A stretch of DNA of 64,000 nt, from contig JAWODC010000001.1 in assembly GCA_046483495.1 (NCBI GenBank), positions 96,001 to 160,000 of the forward strand, given 5' to 3'. Position 1 is the stretch's first letter, and every line of letters begins with the position of its first letter. Below the pieces are notes generated by a model. The model searched no databases. It worked only from the letters and a program-made list of their open reading frames with translations, and had not been told where the DNA came from. This document shows, one piece after another, positions 9,528 to 19,031 of this stretch. Source of the stretch: Desulfobacterales bacterium (lineage in GTDB: Bacteria > Desulfobacterota > Desulfobacteria > Desulfobacterales > UBA5616). The position numbers and the translations under genes are program-made.

Positions 9528-10220
9528 CTACGCCGCCTCCGGACAGATCACCACCGATTCGATAAACCGGGTGACAAAATCCGCGTAGGCGTCAACCGAT
9601 ACATTTCTTCCGCGATATTTCCAGCGCTTCAAATACCAATCCTGAAGAACGGCCTTGATCAGGCTTGCCGTCAATACCGCATCATTTTCCAGAAACACGT
9701 TCTTGTGTTGTCCCTCGATAAGAATGTCGGAAAATATTTTTTCACTCGAAAGCTCCGATGCCATCGCCTTTTCCTGCTTGACGCGGGACATGTTTTTCGT
9801 TTCCATATAGGCAAAATAAAACCAGGGCTGCATGGATTCGCTTAAGTAAAGATGCAGCTTTATAGCGGTAACCAGTTTGCTTTTCGGATCCATATCCGAT
9901 TCCAATTCGGCTTCGAATATCCTTGCCATGATATTGCTGTGCTGGCGCTGGAGCATTTCGATCAATTCTTCTTTGCTTGAAAAGTAGGCATACAGGGCCC
10001 CCATACTCAAACCGCTTTCCCGGCTCAAATTGCGCATGCTCATCGCCTGGAAACCTTTTTTATTGCTGATCTTCAACGTCGCCTCAAAGATTTTTTCCAG
10101 GTTCTTTACAATCGTGTTTTCTTTCTTGACCCGAATGCGCTCGCGATTCTGTTCAAGAATTTCGAGGTACAGGTCGTCTTTGTAGCATGTGAATATTTTT
10201 CTGAATTCGGTGTAGTCCAT
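9528..10220 (-). CDS. TetR/AcrR family transcriptional regulator
   Basis: HTH KGFQAMSMRNLSRESGLSMGALYAYFSSKEEL. Confidence 0.92.
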   Translation of the reverse strand: MDYTEFRKIFTCYKDDLYLEILEQNRERIRVKKENTIVKNLEKIFEATLKISNKKGFQAMSMRNLSRESGLSMGALYAYFSSKEELIEMLQRQHSNIMARIFEAELESDMDPKSKLVTAIKLHLYLSESMQPWFYFAYMETKNMSRVKQEKAMASELSSEKIFSDILIEGQHKNVFLENDAVLTASLIKAVLQDWYLKRWKYRGRNVSVDAYADFVTRFIESVVICPEAA

Positions 10221-10383
10221 AGTGTTCCAGTCGGCGGCCGTTCTCGCAGGGCCCGGCCCACCTCACAGGCTTTATCGATGTGATCACCTTTCAAACATTC
10301 CGGATGGACACCGATCGATGCCCATACGGAATTGGGGTCGATTGCGGTATTTGCTCTTTACATACATAAAAGCCGGTTACCGC

Positions 10384-11574
10384 TTACCGGTAGTTCCTCA
10401 AAATCCTTCGTGCAACTGCGGCCTTATGCGCCTCATCGGGACCGTCATAAATTCGTGAGGCCCGCTCATGCCGATACCAGTGCGAGAGAATCGTATCATC
10501 CGTCACTCCTAAAGCCCCATGAACCTGTATGGCCCGATCCACCACTTTCATCATCATGTTGGCCACATAGTACTTGATGAAAGCGATTTCCTTCCGTGCG
10601 TCCTTTACACCGACATTTTGGATCATCCATGCTGCATGGAGCACCATCAGCTTTGCCGCATGCACGTCGGCGGCGCATTCGGCGATCCACCCCTGGATAA
10701 TCTGCTTGTCGGCAAGCACCTGTCCGGGAGCTATAGTACGTTCAACCGCACGTCTGCACATCATGTCCAAGGCGCGGCCGGAAATACCGATCCATCGCAT
10801 GCAATGATGGATTCGACCCGGACCCAACCGCTTCTGGGCCAGAATGAATCCGTGTCCTTCCGGCCCCAACAGATTTGCCTGAGGAACCCTGCAATTCTGG
10901 TAAAGGATTTCCGCATGAGTGCCGTATCCCCGGCCCACATGGCCCATGACCGAAACATTTCTCACGAGGTTAAATCCAGGGGTGTCCGTTGGAACGATGA
11001 TCATGCTTGCACATTTATGGGGCTCCGCATCGGGATTGGTTACCGCCATCACAATGGCGAATGCCGAACCGTCAGCCGCCGAAGTAAACCACTTGTGGCC
11101 GTTGATGACATAATCGTCGCCGTCCTTTACCGCGGTGGTGTCCATCATGACGGGGTTGGATCCGGGCAGATCCACTTCCGTCATTGAAAAACAGCTGCGG
11201 ATTTCCCCTGCTACCAGGGGAACCAGCCACTTTTCCTTCTGCTCCGGGGTGGCGAATTCATGAAGAATTTCGATATTGCCGGCATCCGGGGCCTGGCAGC
11301 CGAAGACATACAATCCAAGCGGCGTTTTGGCGATAATTTCGAATACCAGCGCGCTTTCCATCAGTTCGAGCCCCATGCCGCCGACATCCTTGGGATGGAG
11401 CGGCGCCCATAATTCCATGTCCTTCACCATTTGCTGCTTTTGCTTCAGGACCTCCTCCAAACTCTCCGTACCATCTTTGAGGTACTGAGGCTCCAAGGGA
11501 ATCAGTTCCTTTTGAACGAATTCCTCCATCATGTCCAGCATGGTTTGTGTCTTTTCCGATATTTTAAAATCCAT
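10384..11574 (-). CDS. Acyl-CoA dehydrogenase, ACAD10/11 (FadE2/LvaC)-type
   Basis: CQAPDAGNIEIL, SCFSMTE, INGHKWFTS, RLGPGRIHHCMR, RIYDGPDEAH. Confidence 0.93.
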   Translation of the reverse strand: MDFKISEKTQTMLDMMEEFVQKELIPLEPQYLKDGTESLEEVLKQKQQMVKDMELWAPLHPKDVGGMGLELMESALVFEIIAKTPLGLYVFGCQAPDAGNIEILHEFATPEQKEKWLVPLVAGEIRSCFSMTEVDLPGSNPVMMDTTAVKDGDDYVINGHKWFTSAADGSAFAIVMAVTNPDAEPHKCASMIIVPTDTPGFNLVRNVSVMGHVGRGYGTHAEILYQNCRVPQANLLGPEGHGFILAQKRLGPGRIHHCMRWIGISGRALDMMCRRAVERTIAPGQVLADKQIIQGWIAECAADVHAAKLMVLHAAWMIQNVGVKDARKEIAFIKYYVANMMMKVVDRAIQVHGALGVTDDTILSHWYRHERASRIYDGPDEAHKAAVARRILRNYR

Positions 11575-11618
11575 AAAACCCCCTTTTTACACGTTGCGTC
11601 CAGATAGCTGGACATGTG

Positions 11619-12326
11619 TTAAACCCATGTCAACAGCGTATGATCATGGGTTTGCCTTAAATGCACTACCGAATTTTCCAGTTTCATTTCCAACGTATTC
11701 CCATTGACGTGACAGACGGTGATGGAAGCATTGTAAGACTGCAGCGCCCATTGAACGGCGGCCTCATCCGTCAGTCCGTAAATGTGCTGCATGATGACCG
11801 CCAAAACCCCGCCTGAAGTGACCACGGCCGTTTTTTTGAATGTACGGCTTTCGTCGACGATTTTCCTGACCGTCGACAGTACCCGGGATCGAAATGGGCA
11901 AAACGTTTCAAACGCCTCACCGCCGCCGGTCTGTCGGGTGATCGCCAAAAGCGATTTCGCCAATAGGCTTTGAAACAGTTCCGGACGTGCGGCAAGCGAT
12001 TTCAGCTCACCGGCAAATTCAGGAACGCACCGGATGACGGCTTCCTTGTGTGTGTTCAAAAATCGGATCATATCGAACTCATCCAATCCGGAGTTCTTTG
12101 AATACGGCGTCTGAATGTCATCCGCATCGAACCGGTTCAGCATGATATCCACCGTTTCGACCTGCCGCCGGTTGGTTCCGCTGTAGATTTTGGCAAAGTA
12201 GGCCTCCATGTCGATAAGGTATTCGGCCAGAACATTCACCTGCCGTATGCCCAATTCGGAAAGCCTGTCGTAATCCGGAGTGCCGAAGGAGGCTTGCCCA
12301 TGCCGTATAAAGTAAATGTCCGTCAT
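11619..12326 (-). CDS. Histidine phosphatase family protein
   Basis: IYFIRHGQASFG..YDRLSELG, VTSGG; probable start MTDIY at 12326. Confidence 0.88.
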   Translation of the reverse strand: MTDIYFIRHGQASFGTPDYDRLSELGIRQVNVLAEYLIDMEAYFAKIYSGTNRRQVETVDIMLNRFDADDIQTPYSKNSGLDEFDMIRFLNTHKEAVIRCVPEFAGELKSLAARPELFQSLLAKSLLAITRQTGGGEAFETFCPFRSRVLSTVRKIVDESRTFKKTAVVTSGGVLAVIMQHIYGLTDEAAVQWALQSYNASITVCHVNGNTLEMKLENSVVHLRQTHDHTLLTWV

Positions 12327-12402
12327 TAAAAAAACAGTGAATGAGAAGCCCTGGATGAAGGTGAACGTGAATATGTGCGAATAGACACGAAAGACTAATA
12401 CT

Positions 12403-12488
12403 TTTTTACAGTCATTCAGTATCCTTGTCAATAGAAATAGAACGATCGCTCGTTTTTTCTTGACAACGCGACATCACTGAACTAGGAT
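12403..12488. promoter_or_regulatory. Back-to-back sigma70-like promoters with a central palindrome
   Basis: Plus strand: TTGACA(12460)-17-TAGGAT(12483). Minus strand: TTGACA(12431-12426)-17-TAAAAA. AACGA-tcgc-TCGTT at 12441-12454 lies between the two -35 boxes. Confidence 0.65.
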
Positions 12489-12568
12489 GTTTGCATGATT
12501 GTAAATTCGGTGCACCCCTTGCATTCAAACCTTCATCCAAAAACATTTTGCCGGGCTTACGGGAAACG

Positions 12569-13345
12569 ATGAACATTTTGGTTTGCGTCAAACAGGTTAT
12601 CAATCTCGAATCGGACATTCGAATCGATTCGAACGGCACATGGATTCAAATGGGACCGGCGACGGATTTTGCCTTTAACCGCTTCGATGAATTTGCCGTC
12701 GAAGAGGCCATAGAGATCAAGGAAGCGTTTCCCGGAACCACCATAGATATTCTGTCTGTCGGACCCGAGCGCGCAGCAACGGTTATTAAACGGCTTCAAG
12801 GCATGGGAGCGGATCACGGCATCCATATCCTCACCGGGCAAGAGGGGTATATCAGTCCCTTTGTCATCGCCGGTTGGATTGCTCAGGTATGCCGGAAAAA
12901 AGAATATGACCTGATTCTTGCCGGCGTCATGTCCGAAGATGAAATGCAAGGCCAGGTCGGACCGACGATTGCCGCCATTTTGGACCGACCGTGCGCCACC
13001 TCCGTGGTTCATCAGTCCATTTCTTCCGACGTGGCGTGTGTCGCTGTTGAACGGGAGATTGAAAACGGCTTAAAAGATACGCTCGAACTGACCCTTCCGG
13101 CCGTTTTGACCATTCAATCCGGAATAAACGAACCCCGCTATCCTACACTGACGCACATGCTCCGCGCAAAAAAAGAAAAAATCGAGGTAATTGACGCAGA
13201 GAGTCTGGAATCCGTGGAAACCAGGCAACGAGTCAAGGAACTTGCGTATCCAAAAAAATTGAGATCCGGAACGGTGCTCAAGGGGGACCCCAAAGAAAAA
13301 GCCGTGAAGCTCGTTTCGATTCTTCATCAACGATCCATTATCTAA
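12569..13345 (+). CDS. etfB: Electron transfer flavoprotein beta subunit
   Basis: MNILVCVKQV, NRFDEFAVEEA, MGAD, GQVGP, INEPRYP. Confidence 0.95.
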   Translation: MNILVCVKQVINLESDIRIDSNGTWIQMGPATDFAFNRFDEFAVEEAIEIKEAFPGTTIDILSVGPERAATVIKRLQGMGADHGIHILTGQEGYISPFVIAGWIAQVCRKKEYDLILAGVMSEDEMQGQVGPTIAAILDRPCATSVVHQSISSDVACVAVEREIENGLKDTLELTLPAVLTIQSGINEPRYPTLTHMLRAKKEKIEVIDAESLESVETRQRVKELAYPKKLRSGTVLKGDPKEKAVKLVSILHQRSII

Positions 13346-13359
13346 AACGTGATGCTTCC

Positions 13360-14352
13360 ATGATAAACAATGTCATATATGTATTAGCCGAACACATCGA
13401 GGGTGGAATCCGGCCGGTGACCTATGAAATCATCGCCTTCGCCAAAGCGCTTCAAGCCGGCATAGACGCCGACGTTACCGTCCTCCTTTTGGGAAACGGC
13501 ATAGACGGAATGGCTGCTGAAATCGCTGAAAATACGGGCATCGATGTACAGGGGTTTCAGCACGAATCACTTGCCGGGTATAATCAGGAATTGTATGCCT
13601 CGGTCCTCGCTTCGTTTTTCGCTGACAACCCGTTTGTCTATGTTTGCATGCCGCATTCCACACAAGGCATGGATCTAGCACCTGTTCTGGCCGTAAAAAC
13701 CGGGGCCGCCTGCATTACCGGTGTGGAAGGCATGGAGTTCTCAACCGGTGCAATGGGCTTTTACCGGTCGGTTTTCAACGGCAAGGCCTCGGCTTTCATG
13801 GTCGCCGAAACGACATCCACCGTCTTAACCGTTCAGGGCGGCATCGCAAAACCGGCTGTTCGACAATCGGAAGCGTCGGGAAACGTACACATCTCAACTG
13901 TTCACATTCCACCGCATCAAACCCGATCCACCGGAATTGTGAGGGCTCGAACGGACAGCCGATCGATTGCCGAGGCCGATATCATCATTTCAGCCGGCAG
14001 GGGCATCGGAAAACAGGAAAACCTGGATCTCGTTCGAATGCTGGCCGAACAGTTCTCGAAATCGGCGGTCGGGGGTTCACGCCCTCTTTGCGACCTCGGT
14101 TGGCTGGAATACCAGTGCCAGATCGGCATTACCGGACAAAGCGTTTCTCCGGAGCTTTATGTCGCCTGCGGTATATCCGGAGCAGTTCAGCACTTGTCCG
14201 GAATTCGTGGTGCGGGATTCATCGTCGCCATCAATACGGACCCAAAGGCGGCAATTTTCAATATGGCGGATGTCTGTATCGTGGAAGATGCAACCTCATT
14301 CATTCCCGTTCTCATCGAAGCACTGAAAAGCAGCGCCGCATTATCCGGATAA
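13360..14352 (+). CDS. etfA: Electron transfer flavoprotein alpha subunit
   Basis: SAGRGIG, GGSRP, QIGITGQSVSPELYVACGISGAVQHLSG, AINTD. Confidence 0.95.
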   Translation: MINNVIYVLAEHIEGGIRPVTYEIIAFAKALQAGIDADVTVLLLGNGIDGMAAEIAENTGIDVQGFQHESLAGYNQELYASVLASFFADNPFVYVCMPHSTQGMDLAPVLAVKTGAACITGVEGMEFSTGAMGFYRSVFNGKASAFMVAETTSTVLTVQGGIAKPAVRQSEASGNVHISTVHIPPHQTRSTGIVRARTDSRSIAEADIIISAGRGIGKQENLDLVRMLAEQFSKSAVGGSRPLCDLGWLEYQCQIGITGQSVSPELYVACGISGAVQHLSGIRGAGFIVAINTDPKAAIFNMADVCIVEDATSFIPVLIEALKSSAALSG

Positions 14353-14356
14353 ATGA

Positions 14357-15133
14357 TCAAGAAACCGCTTCCCGGGCATTCAATGCCGCTCCCAGGGCAT
14401 TGATGATCTGGGGATGTTCGGGCCTGACCAGTTCAATCCCCAAAACACGTTCGGTCCGTTTCACCAGCCCGATATCGAGTGCGCCTCCCCCCACCATGGC
14501 GCATGGGGGCTGAAGCGTTACCCGGTCCGTCAACGTGGAGAGCTTTCTCGCCAAAGCCTCATGGACACCGGCTAAAATATCTTCTTTCGAGGTGCCTTCC
14601 GCAACCCTCGATATGGCCTCGGACTCGCCGAAAACGGCGCAGCTCGTGGTAAAACTCACCGGGTTTTCGGAATCCAGGGATAAGCGTCCCGCATCCTCGA
14701 GCCGAATCTGGAGAACCCGTGCAATCACTTGCAGGAACCGTCCGCTGCCGGCGGCGCACTTTTCACTCACCACGAAGTTGATAATTTTTCCTTTATCATT
14801 GATCCGAAGAACCTTGCTCGCCTGTCCACCCACTTCAATGATGGTCCTGACACCATTGAACAGGTGATGAACACCGGCGGCGCAGCAGGTCAGGTCACCC
14901 AATCGTTGATGGGCGAACCCGGCCCGGGAAGCACCCGAGCCGGTCGCCGTTATGGATGTGATATCACCGGCCGATAAACCGCAGGCTGTCAGAATTTCGG
15001 AAAATATCGAATCGGCCGCCTCCTTGAAATTCGACCCGGATGAAATTTTTTTAAAAGCCGCCAATTCCCCATCTTTCAGGAGAACCATTTTTGTCGATAC
15101 GGAACCCACATCGATGCCGCCATACCACGTCAT
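14357..15133 (-). CDS. ASKHA-type CoA-substrate-specific enzyme activase (BcrD/BzdP/HgdC-like), partly degenerate
   Basis: GIDVGSVSTK, EVGGQ, EKCAAGSGRFL, CAVFGESE. Confidence 0.88.
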   Translation of the reverse strand: MTWYGGIDVGSVSTKMVLLKDGELAAFKKISSGSNFKEAADSIFSEILTACGLSAGDITSITATGSGASRAGFAHQRLGDLTCCAAGVHHLFNGVRTIIEVGGQASKVLRINDKGKIINFVVSEKCAAGSGRFLQVIARVLQIRLEDAGRLSLDSENPVSFTTSCAVFGESEAISRVAEGTSKEDILAGVHEALARKLSTLTDRVTLQPPCAMVGGGALDIGLVKRTERVLGIELVRPEHPQIINALGAALNAREAVS

Positions 15134-15154
15134 AAAACCTCCGAAATACAATGG

Positions 15155-16006
15155 CTACCGCTGGTCGAAAAAACTGGCGGTCTTCAGAATTCTTTCTTTC
15201 TTCTCAAGGTTTTTACCTTTTTTCAATGCCGCAAAGTACCGTTCCCTGCCAAGCAAAGCCGCCCCTAAAGCACCTGTAATCAAGGGTTCTTCGCAAACGA
15301 ACACCGGTTTTCCGAGATGATTTTCCAGAGCTTTGATCATTCCCTTGTTTTTGGCTACCCCGCCGGTGAACACCACGTCTCCTTCGATTTTGAGCTTGGA
15401 TGCCATTCGAAAAGCGCGCCCGGCAATGGCATCATGCAGTCCTGCGACGATGTCCTCCACCGGCACACCGTCGGAAAGATGAGAAATCACCTCCTGTTCG
15501 GCGAAAATCGTGCAGATGCTGCTGATTTTCACCTGGTTTTCGGCGCGAAGGGACAAATCTCCCATGTCTTCCAGGTTGACCCCTAACGTCTCGGCAATCA
15601 CTTCCAGAAAGCGTCCGGTGCCGGCGGCGCATTTATCATTCATGACGAAATCCGCCACCTTTCCATTCACGATTTTTATCCCTTTGGCATCCTGACCGCC
15701 GATGTCGATCACCGTGCCCACCGTCGGAAAAAGGTGAAAGACGCCGCGGGCATGACAAGAAATTTCGGTTATCTGTTTATCGGCAAACGGTACGTTGATT
15801 CTGCCGTATCCCGTGGCAACCACAAAAGAAACCCTTTCAAAGTCGATCCCGGCCTGATCCAGGGCCTCTTCCATCACGATATTGGCCAGATGTCGGTGTT
15901 CGGGTCCTGTAGGGCCGATAACCTGTGCTCGTATGTCATTGTTCAGAATAATGGCCTTGGTCATCGTAGAGCCGATATCGATGCCTGCAAAATACAAATC
16001 CTCCAA
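15155..16006 (-). CDS. ASKHA-type CoA-substrate-specific enzyme activase (BcrA/BzdQ/HgdC-like)
   Basis: GIDIGSTMTK, ATGYGR, EISCHARG, DIGGQD, MNDKCAAGTGRFLE, CTIFAEQE, TGGVAKN. Confidence 0.93.
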   Translation of the reverse strand: MEDLYFAGIDIGSTMTKAIILNNDIRAQVIGPTGPEHRHLANIVMEEALDQAGIDFERVSFVVATGYGRINVPFADKQITEISCHARGVFHLFPTVGTVIDIGGQDAKGIKIVNGKVADFVMNDKCAAGTGRFLEVIAETLGVNLEDMGDLSLRAENQVKISSICTIFAEQEVISHLSDGVPVEDIVAGLHDAIAGRAFRMASKLKIEGDVVFTGGVAKNKGMIKALENHLGKPVFVCEEPLITGALGAALLGRERYFAALKKGKNLEKKERILKTASFFDQR

Positions 16007-16081
16007 AGGACTACCCCCTGCTCCGATATATATTTGCCCGCTTCAGCGGCGGAACCAACATGCCGTCTGCCTGTCTTGCCC

Positions 16082-17239
16082 CTAGGTCAACAACTCTAAA
16101 AAGGCCTGCACCCTGTTTTTCAGCTGGGCTTCGGCAACCATGGAATATTCATGCTCCAAGTACATGGCGGGCAGATTCATTTTTTCAAAATATGTTTTCA
16201 AGCCGGGCACTTCATAGCCGTGGGTATCACAATATTTCACGGATTGAAGCAATACACCGTCCACCTTCCAATCCCGGGCAAAGGTTTTTAAATATCCAAA
16301 ACGCTGCTCCAGTTCCTCTTCGAAGGTATCGGCCGATTCCCTGAAGGTACGCGGGCAAGTGATGTCCTCCAGGTAACGCTTTACAAGACCGTCCAGCGGA
16401 TCGTCGGTAACCGGAACATCGGCCCAGTAATGGCGACTGCCCACACACATGTCGTCCATAACGATGTTCGCGTCCAGGCTTTCAATCATTTCGATAAGGT
16501 TTACTTCGGTCAACGGGCTTCCCCACAGCATCAGCCGTGCGTCTTTTGCCTCGGGGCCGTCTTCTCTCGTTTTGGCTTCCGCGATAATATCCTCGAGCAT
16601 CTGCGATCCCTCTTCGATCGGCAGACACATCAGGGCGATCATAATTTTCAACGTTTCCGAACCCGAAATCAACGGCGGGTCCTCTTTTCTCAAATCATAC
16701 AACGACCGCACCAGGGCCCGCTGGCGGTTGTGCACTTCGATTTCCTGCCGCAGACGATCCTCATCCAGTTTTCTACCCGTAAACTTTTCCAACGCCTGCT
16801 TGAAGGTGATCAGCTTGTCTTTGAATTGGGAGAATGAATTCGGGCGGATCACATGAGGCATATCGATATGGTGATGAAACGGCAGATCGATTTCATGCTC
16901 CCATATGCGGCAAAACTTTTCTTCACAGTCACAGGTATGGGCCGCCGTGAAGCCGTCCAAAAAATCATATAATCCTTTTTGCGCCAAATCCAGGCTCGAC
17001 CGGATAATGGGGCAGACAATCGTGGGAATATTGGCATCCGCCTTGGTGATGGGCTCATGCATGCTCCCCTGGACTCTGAAAGGCACGAAATCCATGGCGG
17101 TAATCATCTCGAGCGGGGGATAGGAACAATAATAGCCCATTATTTTTTTGCCTTCATTTTTCAGGGCTTTCACCCGCAATCCGCGGTCATCGTATATCTC
17201 TTCAGCTTTGTTCAAGCCTTTTGGTTGTGTATAGGTCAT
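16082..17239 (-). CDS. 2-hydroxyacyl-CoA dehydratase / benzoyl-CoA reductase subunit (HgdB/BcrC/BzdN-like)
   Basis: GYYCSYPPLEMI, VCPIIRS, HTCD, DDMCVGSR, VKYCD, RVQAFLE. Confidence 0.88.
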   Translation of the reverse strand: MTYTQPKGLNKAEEIYDDRGLRVKALKNEGKKIMGYYCSYPPLEMITAMDFVPFRVQGSMHEPITKADANIPTIVCPIIRSSLDLAQKGLYDFLDGFTAAHTCDCEEKFCRIWEHEIDLPFHHHIDMPHVIRPNSFSQFKDKLITFKQALEKFTGRKLDEDRLRQEIEVHNRQRALVRSLYDLRKEDPPLISGSETLKIMIALMCLPIEEGSQMLEDIIAEAKTREDGPEAKDARLMLWGSPLTEVNLIEMIESLDANIVMDDMCVGSRHYWADVPVTDDPLDGLVKRYLEDITCPRTFRESADTFEEELEQRFGYLKTFARDWKVDGVLLQSVKYCDTHGYEVPGLKTYFEKMNLPAMYLEHEYSMVAEAQLKNRVQAFLELLT

Positions 17240-17263
17240 GCGTCAACTCCTTTTCAATTTTCT

Positions 17264-18601
17264 CTACCAGTCCAACCCTTTTTGTTTTCTCTGCTCCCGA
17301 TAATGGTCCATCGAATCTTCGAAGGCCTGGGCGTTTTCAAGCACCTCGTCCGGATCGAAAACCGAAAAATCCACGATATCGCCTTCCATGTTCATGCTTG
17401 GAATGTCCAATTCCCTCTTCAGCACGTTTGAGGCATGGGTCAACCAAAACGTGGCGGTTCTGCAGGAAAGAAGTGAATGCGTGATAAATCCATCGATTCG
17501 GTATTCTCTCGCCCAATTATAATATGCCTGAACCGGAACGATAAGGGGATAATTCTTCTGTTGCGCCTTGTGCAAATGGCCAACGCCCACCCAATAGGTC
17601 CACCGGGTCAGCCGTTCCAAAACATTATCGGTGGGTTCCATCGCCATGGGTTCGGGAGGATGGTATCCCTGGCTTTCGATGACAAAGTTCCATCCTCTAT
17701 CGGCCAGTTCCTCGAAGAAACTCAAACTGTGCCAGGGCGGCAGTTCGGCAAACATCAGTCGGTATTTTTCAGGGGTGACCGCACCGATGCCCTTGTCCAC
17801 CCGCTCCTTTACTTCATCGTAAACTTGCCGGTACAAGTCCAGCGCTTCTTTTTCGGCCGTCATGTAGTAGCCGGGTACCATCAGCGTCCAGAAATCCCTG
17901 GAATGCATGGGACAGGGATCGGCTTTCCGCATTTCATTGATTTCCCACCAGATTTGGAAAACCTTCTCCTGATTGTCCACATAGGCTTCCAGAAGGTCCA
18001 TATCTATTTTTTTGCCCAGGAGATTTTCCAGAAATTCGATAAAGCGCTCGAGTTCTCTTACTTTGTGCTGAATATTCTCCTGATGAACACCGGGTTTTAC
18101 ATCTTCACTGGTATCATACACCGGCGTATCGATGGTCCAAACAGGCACGTCGTAATATTGCCTGACTGCCTGAAACCACTTAAAGCGGGTGTCGCAGCCG
18201 ATTCCGGAACCGAGCATGAAGGTCGGCGGCGCCATTCCCCCCAACGGTGCGTCGGATGGAATCTTCCCCAGTCGTTTCATTTCTGCAACATATCCGATAT
18301 GGTTTCGGGAGTATCCGCACAAATGGGTGGGAAAACCTTCGCCGTCGCATATGGCCTGATATTTTTGCGCCATTCCGGTGGATGCGCATACTGTGCCGTA
18401 ATTTTCAGGATAAACGGGGGTCACCCCCATGGCCCGCATGACCATATCGCCTTCCCACCAATTCACCATGCTCCATGCCAAGGGACGTCCTTCAGCAGCC
18501 GCGGTAACCCCTTCACTGTACATTTTATTCACCATCGGGCGAACGATATTTCTGGAGTTTAACCGGTTAATCACCTTCTTTTTCTTCTTTTCATCCCCCA
18601 T
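17264..18601 (-). CDS. 2-hydroxyacyl-CoA dehydratase / benzoyl-CoA reductase subunit (HgdA/BcrB/BzdO-like)
   Basis: YPENY, LCGYSR, GCDTRFKWF, EVKERVDKGIGAV..EKYRL..PPW, LSCR, EGD. Confidence 0.88.
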   Translation of the reverse strand: MGDEKKKKKVINRLNSRNIVRPMVNKMYSEGVTAAAEGRPLAWSMVNWWEGDMVMRAMGVTPVYPENYGTVCASTGMAQKYQAICDGEGFPTHLCGYSRNHIGYVAEMKRLGKIPSDAPLGGMAPPTFMLGSGIGCDTRFKWFQAVRQYYDVPVWTIDTPVYDTSEDVKPGVHQENIQHKVRELERFIEFLENLLGKKIDMDLLEAYVDNQEKVFQIWWEINEMRKADPCPMHSRDFWTLMVPGYYMTAEKEALDLYRQVYDEVKERVDKGIGAVTPEKYRLMFAELPPWHSLSFFEELADRGWNFVIESQGYHPPEPMAMEPTDNVLERLTRWTYWVGVGHLHKAQQKNYPLIVPVQAYYNWAREYRIDGFITHSLLSCRTATFWLTHASNVLKRELDIPSMNMEGDIVDFSVFDPDEVLENAQAFEDSMDHYREQRKQKGLDW

Positions 18602-19031
18602 TTTACGCTTCCTTTCTTCGGAAAAATATAATTTTGCCAATAATTTCTTGCGCTCATGCAAATTTATTTAGATCAATTTATTCCTGGCCTGTCAAGCATC
18701 TTCTCATGGGAACCCACGCCGGAAGTGTACCCTGCGCCGTGATGCGGGCAATTTTTTAAACCCGATCATAACCGCTTATTGCTGCATTATTTTCTATTTA
18801 CTAATGCTGTTCGATATGCTTTAATTTTGCAAAATTTCCAAGCGGCTCATATGCCCTCTGATCTTCTCACGAAAACGGCCGCGTTCGGCTTCCGGGTCTC
18901 CGTAATCCACCGCCGTGGGGTTGTATGAAGGTGAGGGGGTCGCGTCTACGTTTATGTCTTCGTGCGATCCTTATTCATCGCTCGTCTAACATTTTAATTC
19001 GTTATCGTCTTATATCAGCGGGAGGTCTTTC

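Noticed and set aside
17477..18562. 361-aa plus-strand ORF
   Set aside because: Exact antisense of the Bcr/Hgd-like subunit; no recognisable motifs
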